Source of the DNA: a virus
Taxonomy: Duplodnaviria; Caudoviricetes
Virus record (IMG/VR): IMGVR_UViG_3300030104_006170
DNA length: 64,000 nucleotides
Strand: one strand, 5' to 3'
Part shown: positions 58,634 to 64,000 of the stretch, piece by piece
How the letters are laid out: the number at the start of each line of letters is the position of its first letter
Numbering within the stretch: position 1 is the stretch's first letter
Made by a program: the position numbers and the translations under genes
Notes under the pieces: generated by a model
What the model saw: only the letters and a program-made list of their open reading frames with translations
The model's database searches: none
Told to the model about the DNA's origin: nothing

Positions 58634-59236
58634 ATGAAAACAATAATAACTACATTACTAATTTTACTAGGGTTGAATACTTACTCACAAACGTGTGAGG
58701 TTGGTTTAATGGTTAATGGTAAGTTAACTTACTTTGAGTACGATTGTAACAATAAGGAACATGGTATAGATAGTATTAAGATAGCTAATTATAATTTTTT
58801 GACTTTATCTGAATTAAAAGAGTTGGACTTGTTAGTTTTTAGGTATGTTAACGAACATAGAATTAAAAATGGTCTAGGTAAACTACCTTGGGATTCGGAA
58901 CTTTATAAAATTACTGAGTCTCATACTAAATACCAGTTTGATAATGGTGTGGTAGAACACGAACAAAATGGAAAATCTTATGAAGAAAGAGTAAGAGAAA
59001 ATGGAATCTATATGGGTGAGTGTGTTTTGTTAACTGGTCCATGTGTTAATATAGATGATAAGGCTAGAAAAATTGTTCGTCAGTGGGTTGAGAGTCCAAC
59101 CCATAACCGTATATTGTTAGATATTAAAGCTAAGTCTATTTCGGTTTCCACAAAACTAGGTACTTTTTACTGTTCCTGGGATAATAATAAATTATATTTG
59201 GGTTCTGGCGTTTCTACTTTAAATGTTAGATATTAA
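58634..59236 (+). CDS. secreted CAP (SCP/PR-1) domain protein 1
   Basis: Signal peptide ending TYS-Q; VNEHR.KNGL..L.WD.EL...TE.H; WVESPTHNRILL. Confidence 0.85.
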   Translation: MKTIITTLLILLGLNTYSQTCEVGLMVNGKLTYFEYDCNNKEHGIDSIKIANYNFLTLSELKELDLLVFRYVNEHRIKNGLGKLPWDSELYKITESHTKYQFDNGVVEHEQNGKSYEERVRENGIYMGECVLLTGPCVNIDDKARKIVRQWVESPTHNRILLDIKAKSISVSTKLGTFYCSWDNNKLYLGSGVSTLNVRY

Positions 59237-60864
59237 CTGGTTTTATCCTCACTTTCACATTTTAAACCTATTGTGTATTGAGTAGTACTTAATGGTGCTA
59301 TAGCTTCTATTTTTACATTAGGTTTACCATAAACTTTGTTTATTGTTACACTCTGAGGTTTTCCAACTACCCCCTGTAAAAGTAATTTTTTAATTTCAGG
59401 GTCACTAGCATACTCAGATGCTCTATTGAGTAGTTGGTTATATGAACCACCACCTAATTCTTTAATTTTTTCCTCGTCTAACTCATAAACTTTTTTTTCT
59501 TTATTATAACTAATTAATTTACTTTTTCGGGCTTTTTTAAAGAATTTATTACTGGATATTTTTCCCATAACTTTATCCCTAACGTCTTTCCATTGATTAT
59601 ACTCACCACATTCTATATCAAAACCTAATTCATTAGCTTTTTTATATGCATAGTTAGTTATTGCCTCACTCCATCCCCAATACTCTTTAAACCATTCTCT
59701 ATTAGTCATACCTCTACGTGCTTCCCCATTAATATCCTTTAACTTACAAAAATGAAAAACACTCAAAGGTGTATTTTTCTTTTTACCATACTGACTTCTA
59801 ATCTTTTGTAATACATCTTTAGTCTCTTGAGGTATAGTACTTATTAATCTTTTTTCGATTTCGTCAATTTTTTGTTGAGCGGCTAAATGGTTTTCTACTT
59901 CTTTTCTAAGTGGGCCTAACTCAATCGTGACATCAATTTTATCACCTGTTTTTTTGTTTGTTCCCGCATTTGGTATTGTTACAAATGGGTCATCCATTTG
60001 TTCTGGATTGTTACTTGTAAAAGGAACATAAGTTACCTCACCATTATAAGTGATTTTAAAAGCGTCAGGAACAAGCCAAGGGTTAAACTGCAAAGTTATT
60101 TTACCTTCAGTATATTTTCCTAGATTTAAATTACCTTCTTTATCTAATTTTACTCCTGATTTCTCTTGTGGTTCTAAAGTTGCAATCCAATTATTATTTT
60201 TATCACCTTGTTTACCCTTAACACTTAATTTTTTCCCACAACCATAAATTGCGCGACCTTTTACTTTTTTGGTTCCCTCTACATTTATCGCCACAAATTT
60301 TGTAGAATTTGTTTGTGGGTTGGCTTTTACTAGTGCCGATAATTCTTTCCAGTTTTCATTAACTTTATCTTGGTCAAGATTATTATACTTTCCACCCCAT
60401 TTTTTAGATATAAATTTATTTAGTAATTCTAAAATTACTTCCCCTCGTTTTCTAGCTAATATTTTATTGTCTGGTTCTTCATTCCCATATGAAAAATCTA
60501 CTTGTTCTTGGGAATATCCTTTAGGGACCGCTCTGTTAGCTGGGGTTGGTGAGGCTCCTGAATCAATAGATATACTTTTTGGTGTGTAATCTGCAGCTAA
60601 ATTCTTTTTTAATTTTATAATAAAGTCTTTTAAAGAAGGTAACATATTTTTCATTGTAATTCGTGAAACATCAGTGACACCTTCATTACCTTTTGCTATA
60701 GGTAGTACTATATTATCTGGGAATGTAATAGGTGTCATACTATTACCAACTAATACATCCACGTCCGGTAAAGTTCTTACTACATTTCTAGATTGTTCCA
60801 ATAAAACTTCTAGACCCATAATTTCTTTAACTCTATTAATTTCTGATATAATATTCTTTTCCAT
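59233..60864 (-). CDS. class-B leader protein with OmpA_C-like segment
   Basis: MEKNIISEINRVKEIMGLEVLLEQ; ISIDSGAS...DNKILARKRGE.I...L. Confidence 0.5.
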   Translation of the reverse strand: MEKNIISEINRVKEIMGLEVLLEQSRNVVRTLPDVDVLVGNSMTPITFPDNIVLPIAKGNEGVTDVSRITMKNMLPSLKDFIIKLKKNLAADYTPKSISIDSGASPTPANRAVPKGYSQEQVDFSYGNEEPDNKILARKRGEVILELLNKFISKKWGGKYNNLDQDKVNENWKELSALVKANPQTNSTKFVAINVEGTKKVKGRAIYGCGKKLSVKGKQGDKNNNWIATLEPQEKSGVKLDKEGNLNLGKYTEGKITLQFNPWLVPDAFKITYNGEVTYVPFTSNNPEQMDDPFVTIPNAGTNKKTGDKIDVTIELGPLRKEVENHLAAQQKIDEIEKRLISTIPQETKDVLQKIRSQYGKKKNTPLSVFHFCKLKDINGEARRGMTNREWFKEYWGWSEAITNYAYKKANELGFDIECGEYNQWKDVRDKVMGKISSNKFFKKARKSKLISYNKEKKVYELDEEKIKELGGGSYNQLLNRASEYASDPEIKKLLLQGVVGKPQSVTINKVYGKPNVKIEAIAPLSTTQYTIGLKCESEDKTS

Positions 60865-60868
60865 ATAA

Positions 60869-60876
60869 TATAAATA
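60869..60876 (-). promoter_or_regulatory. candidate phage late promoter TATTTATA
   Basis: 4 nt before ATG 60864. Confidence 0.6.
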
Positions 60877-60921
60877 CTGGTAACCTGTATTAAAATACCT
60901 CGTATAATTAAGTACAATTCA

Positions 60922-60953
60922 TTTGGTCATTTAATTTAAATTTATTATCTTTG
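60922..60953 (+). promoter_or_regulatory. Bacteroidota-type -33/-7 promoter, 4 nt before ATG
   Basis: TTTG-N20-TATCTTTG-TAGT-ATG. Confidence 0.75.
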
Positions 60954-60957
60954 TAGT

Positions 60958-61497
60958 ATGAAAAATATAACAACAACCATATTATTAGTTTTACTATCTT
61001 TATTAAGTTATTCTCAAGAGTACTACAGAGACACTACTATAGAACGAGCTGTTTTTAACGAAGTAAACCGACACAGAGATAGTCTGGGATTACACATGGT
61101 AAAATTTAACTCGGATAATATCCTAGCTTCTCCATGGGCAGAGACATTAACTAAACACGACTTAGAGACAGGTGGAAAGATTTATCATTGTGGTTGTAAT
61201 CCTGGTGTTGAGATTATTGCTATTAAGGTTATTGGTGATGAGGATAGAGTAACGATGGGTATAGATGAAATAGCTAAAAAAATAGTTCTAGCGTGGGATA
61301 ATTCTCCTTCTCATAAAGAAGGTATGGAAGATATTAATATGAAAAGAGGTTTCAATGCTGTGTACGTATTCAAAAGTAAAAGATACGGAGGTAAGTACGT
61401 GGCGTTATCAGTGTACCAATTTATTAGAGATAAAGAATATTATGTAAACTTAGACTGGGACGAAAATAAAAAAGTACCTAACCAATTCTTAGATTAA
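60958..61497 (+). CDS. secreted CAP (SCP/PR-1) domain protein 2
   Basis: Signal peptide ending SYS-Q; VNRHRDSLGL; AWDNSPSHKEGM. Confidence 0.8.
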   Translation: MKNITTTILLVLLSLLSYSQEYYRDTTIERAVFNEVNRHRDSLGLHMVKFNSDNILASPWAETLTKHDLETGGKIYHCGCNPGVEIIAIKVIGDEDRVTMGIDEIAKKIVLAWDNSPSHKEGMEDINMKRGFNAVYVFKSKRYGGKYVALSVYQFIRDKEYYVNLDWDENKKVPNQFLD

Positions 61498-61500
61498 TAA

Positions 61501-61525
61501 AAAAAGGACCGTATGGTCCTTTTTT
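61501..61525. terminator. bidirectional intrinsic terminator
   Basis: AAAAAGGACC-GTAT-GGTCCTTTTT; same stem as at 50119. Confidence 0.85.
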
Positions 61526-61554
61526 ATATTAGTATATTATAATTTATTGTGATG

Positions 61555-62754
61555 TTACTTCATAGCTATAATCACCTCTTCTGCTTCTTTTTTAACAACA
61601 GATTTCTTTCTTGGTGACTTTTGACTCTTCCAAGTAATTTTGCCTGGAATATAAACTACCATACTGACGATAATTCCTTGTCCTGCCATATCTGTTTCTG
61701 TTCCAGTTTCTGTACCTACAGTTCTACCTGGTGTCCCTTCTCTAGCTGGTTGTTCTGTACTTACTATAACATCAGCTCTCATTTCGTCACCACCAACAGA
61801 ATACTTATAAGAATCTACCTTAATACCTACTTTTTCTAACTCTTTACCTAAATTCTGTGCTCTTAAATAAGCTAGTACCTGATTACCTGTTTTTGGTTGT
61901 GTAAACTTACCTGTAGTATTTGTAGTAATTTGTTCATCCGTAAAATTAGAATACTTATCACCAACATTCTTTCTCCACACCGCTACATTAGCGATTGGTT
62001 CATCTGAAGCTACACCATTAATTATTACGTTTGTTACCACATTACCTTTTGAAGCTGAGTTTTGGATTTGTTTGATTAGTTGTTTCATTTTTCCTGGGTC
62101 AGGAATAACTTCTAAAACATTAAATGCTGAACCTCCTGGGATTGGCTCACCTTCCGATGCTACACTTCCTTCTGTACCCCCTTTAGTAACTGACTGGTAT
62201 GTCTTTTTTAATCTCGACGTTGAGAATTGTATTAGTTCGTCTGTTATGGCTTCGATATTTGTTTCGGTTTCTGATTCTCCTTCATTATAAGACCACCCCA
62301 CTATTTGTCTTGTTCCGAAATTTTTAAAATTAAACTCGTTAAGTTTTATACACCACTTATTAGGTGTATATTCTCTACCATCATCAATAACTACTAAATC
62401 ACTAGAATCTTCTGACTGTACTAACCTCACTTTTTCATTTATACCATCATCTGAATCTAACATATCTGGTCTTAACATCCAAGCCATATATTGCCATTCT
62501 CTACCCATTTTTGACAAATTGTCACCTTTAAATACTTTCATAAGGGACCTTCTTAAATCAGTAGCCCAAGATTCAAAATCATATCCTCCTGCTATGTTTG
62601 GTCTTACTTTTTCTACATTATCGTATAACTCACCTTTATAAGTTTCTAAAAAATCTGTCCATTTAGATATACTTCTGTAAAAATTTTCCTTTATTAAGTC
62701 AAGGCCCATTATTTCACGAGCTCTGTTTACTTCATTTAATATTTCTTTTTTCAT
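61555..62754 (-). CDS. class-B leader protein with OmpA_C-like domain
   Basis: MKKEILNEVNRAREIMGLDLIKEN; VIINGVASD...GNQVLAYLRAQNL...L...RADVIV. Confidence 0.55.
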   Translation of the reverse strand: MKKEILNEVNRAREIMGLDLIKENFYRSISKWTDFLETYKGELYDNVEKVRPNIAGGYDFESWATDLRRSLMKVFKGDNLSKMGREWQYMAWMLRPDMLDSDDGINEKVRLVQSEDSSDLVVIDDGREYTPNKWCIKLNEFNFKNFGTRQIVGWSYNEGESETETNIEAITDELIQFSTSRLKKTYQSVTKGGTEGSVASEGEPIPGGSAFNVLEVIPDPGKMKQLIKQIQNSASKGNVVTNVIINGVASDEPIANVAVWRKNVGDKYSNFTDEQITTNTTGKFTQPKTGNQVLAYLRAQNLGKELEKVGIKVDSYKYSVGGDEMRADVIVSTEQPAREGTPGRTVGTETGTETDMAGQGIIVSMVVYIPGKITWKSQKSPRKKSVVKKEAEEVIIAMK

Positions 62755-62787
62755 ATTCTTTTTTTTTAATAAATATTTAATTTATCG

Positions 62788-63270
62788 TTAATTCCACAAT
62801 ACGTGGACTGTTTTATCATTAAAGTCTATTTCTAACCCTGTCGGAAACACACTGTGTGAGAATAGTTCATCCGACATTTGGTCTTCGTAATGCCACTTAC
62901 CTTCTTCATCACTACTAAATCCACCCATGTCGTCTACCATTAATTCGATTTCTTTTTCTACCTCTACTTTGGTGTAATCTTCATCATATATTTCTACCAT
63001 CGCATTTATAATTACACTAGTGGTGTAAACACTCACGTCTTTGATTCCCCAACTTCTTACATCCATATCATATCTCCATTTAACATAACAGTTTGTATAT
63101 GTTACATCCATATCCTGACCACTATACTCGGTGAAATATTTTTCTAACCCGTAAAAACTAACATCTTGGACTTCAGTATTAAATGCGTTTGGGTCATCTG
63201 AATATTGTTCTTTTATTACCTTCTCAGTAATATTAACTAATTGACTTTCCTTTACGATTATTTTTTTCAT
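62788..63270 (-). CDS. class-A leader protein, acidic cargo
   Basis: MKKIIVKESQLVNITEKVIKEQ; three late motifs upstream. Confidence 0.6.
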   Translation of the reverse strand: MKKIIVKESQLVNITEKVIKEQYSDDPNAFNTEVQDVSFYGLEKYFTEYSGQDMDVTYTNCYVKWRYDMDVRSWGIKDVSVYTTSVIINAMVEIYDEDYTKVEVEKEIELMVDDMGGFSSDEEGKWHYEDQMSDELFSHSVFPTGLEIDFNDKTVHVLWN

Positions 63271-63272
63271 AT

Positions 63273-63335
63273 TATAAATAGCTTTTAAAGCTGCTAGCTT
63301 GCATATAAATAAATATAAGCAATATACTATAAATA
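63273..63335 (-). promoter_or_regulatory. three copies of candidate late promoter TATTTATA (63273, 63304, 63328)
   Basis: Nearest copy 2 nt before ATG 63270. Confidence 0.55.
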
Positions 63336-63362
63336 TTAATATAATTTTATTATTATTATAGC

Positions 63363-63704
63363 ATGAAAAATTTAATTTTATGTTTATTACTTTTTGTTAT
63401 TGCCCAGACCATGGTTTGGTTACAATTAAATGGTCAGTTTGTGTGGGACTCTTTTAGAAAATATGAATGGGTTCTTATTCTTTTCGGACTCCCTATTAGT
63501 TGGGTATTTTTAGAAGCTACTAGACAGGGTGTTGCTGCATTTGATGGTCTCTTATGGCCACAAAGATTTTTAGCTTTTGCTTGTGGGATTATTATTTTTA
63601 GTTTATTTACTTGGATTCTAAAAGGTGAAGGTATTAACACTAAAACCCTTATTTCACTGTGTTTGGCAAGTTGTCTGGTTTTGATTCAGATTTTCTGGAA
63701 ATAA
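63363..63704 (+). CDS. small multi-TM membrane protein (SMR/DMT-like size)
   Basis: 113 aa with about four hydrophobic helices. Confidence 0.6.
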   Translation: MKNLILCLLLFVIAQTMVWLQLNGQFVWDSFRKYEWVLILFGLPISWVFLEATRQGVAAFDGLLWPQRFLAFACGIIIFSLFTWILKGEGINTKTLISLCLASCLVLIQIFWK

Positions 63705-63732
63705 ACACTTACCATGATAGTATTTATATAAT

Positions 63733-64000
63733 ATGAATACCACATTTAAAGATATATTAACCGAGGATTATAAAGGAAACGTTATAACAAAAGCGTTACC
63801 CAAAGAACTCGATAATACCCTTTTTACACTCATTCATATACTCGGTGGATTCGATACCTCAGATGTTATTAACTTTGCAAGGAATGCAAACCATAGAGAG
63901 AAGAAGCTGCTAAATAAGATGGTTAATGACTTACATTTATATGATAAAGTGGGGGTCCGTGGTTTCGACAAAGAAAGTATAAAAAATTCTTCTAGATACC
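63733..64000 (+). CDS. partial ORF running off the window (MNTTFKDILTEDY...)
   Basis: ATG 4 nt after TATTTATA; no stop to window end; ILTE site. Confidence 0.6.
   Translation, partial: MNTTFKDILTEDYKGNVITKALPKELDNTLFTLIHILGGFDTSDVINFARNANHREKKLLNKMVNDLHLYDKVGVRGFDKESIKNSSRY

Noticed and set aside
3388-63640. Short antisense/overlapping ORFs in the track (e.g. 3965-4396, 9729-10016, 21796-22113, 23640-23981, 29620-30027, 30304-30609, 32589-32906, 39174-39527, 42616-43071, 50069-50437, 55495-55803)
   Set aside because: They are shadows of well-supported genes on the opposite strand or frame, with S/F/I-rich compositions typical of antisense translation and no initiation context.
19780-63728. 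Canonical T4 late promoter TATAAATA driving these genes
   Set aside because: TATAAATA appears on the plus strand only because most late genes are on the minus strand; in the sense orientation the motif is consistently TATTTAT[A/T].
1-64000. Bacterial chromosome or prophage interpretation (LPS-like cluster, dnaK, clpC, ssrA, trxA)
   Set aside because: These genes are interleaved with a full T4-like head/packaging module and share phage-style promoters. No integrase, ribosomal or other core cellular operon is present, and the sugar cluster lacks membrane assembly genes.
1-64000. Stop-codon reassignment (TAG/TGA recoding seen in some large phages)
   Set aside because: Capsid, portal, terminase, DnaK and the sugar enzymes are full length in the standard code, and TAG ends genes at sensible places (e.g. 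24261, 26347).

Overview
A gene-dense, AT-rich (roughly 30% GC by eye) 64 kb segment of a large lytic tailed phage with a T4-superfamily head module, not a bacterial chromosome. It holds a gp17-like terminase, gp20-like portal, gp21-like prohead protease, scaffold, gp23-like major capsid protein, a gp5-like baseplate hub/spike and a gp55-like sigma factor. The host is very probably Bacteroidota: there are TTTG-N19/20-TAnnTTTG promoters, signal peptides ending in A/S-Q, and no Shine-Dalgarno sites. Layout: 1-19 kb dUTPase, a glycosylation island (about 18 sugar-pathway/glycosyltransferase genes), PhoH and the sigma factor; 19.8-26.3 kb plus-strand late/structural genes ending in an unannotated 21-aa, 9-Cys peptide; 26.4-41.8 kb minus-strand head and packaging genes; 41.8-50.1 kb DnaK, ClpC-like ATPase, proteases and a tmRNA with an unusually long tag; 50-64 kb accessory genes. 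Best candidates for new biology: (i) at least nine late genes share two short N-terminal leaders ending in gp21-type [ILV]-x-E sites but carry unrelated cargo (pre-toxin-TG-like, zincin, OmpA-like, annexin-like), suggesting a capsid-loaded effector repertoire; (ii) a duplicated cassette pairing an early, secreted CAP protein with a late, leader-bearing OmpA-like protein; (iii) the soluble glycosylation island; (iv) a two-class promoter system that may make leaderless mRNAs. All family calls come from motif recognition by eye; no database searches were run.
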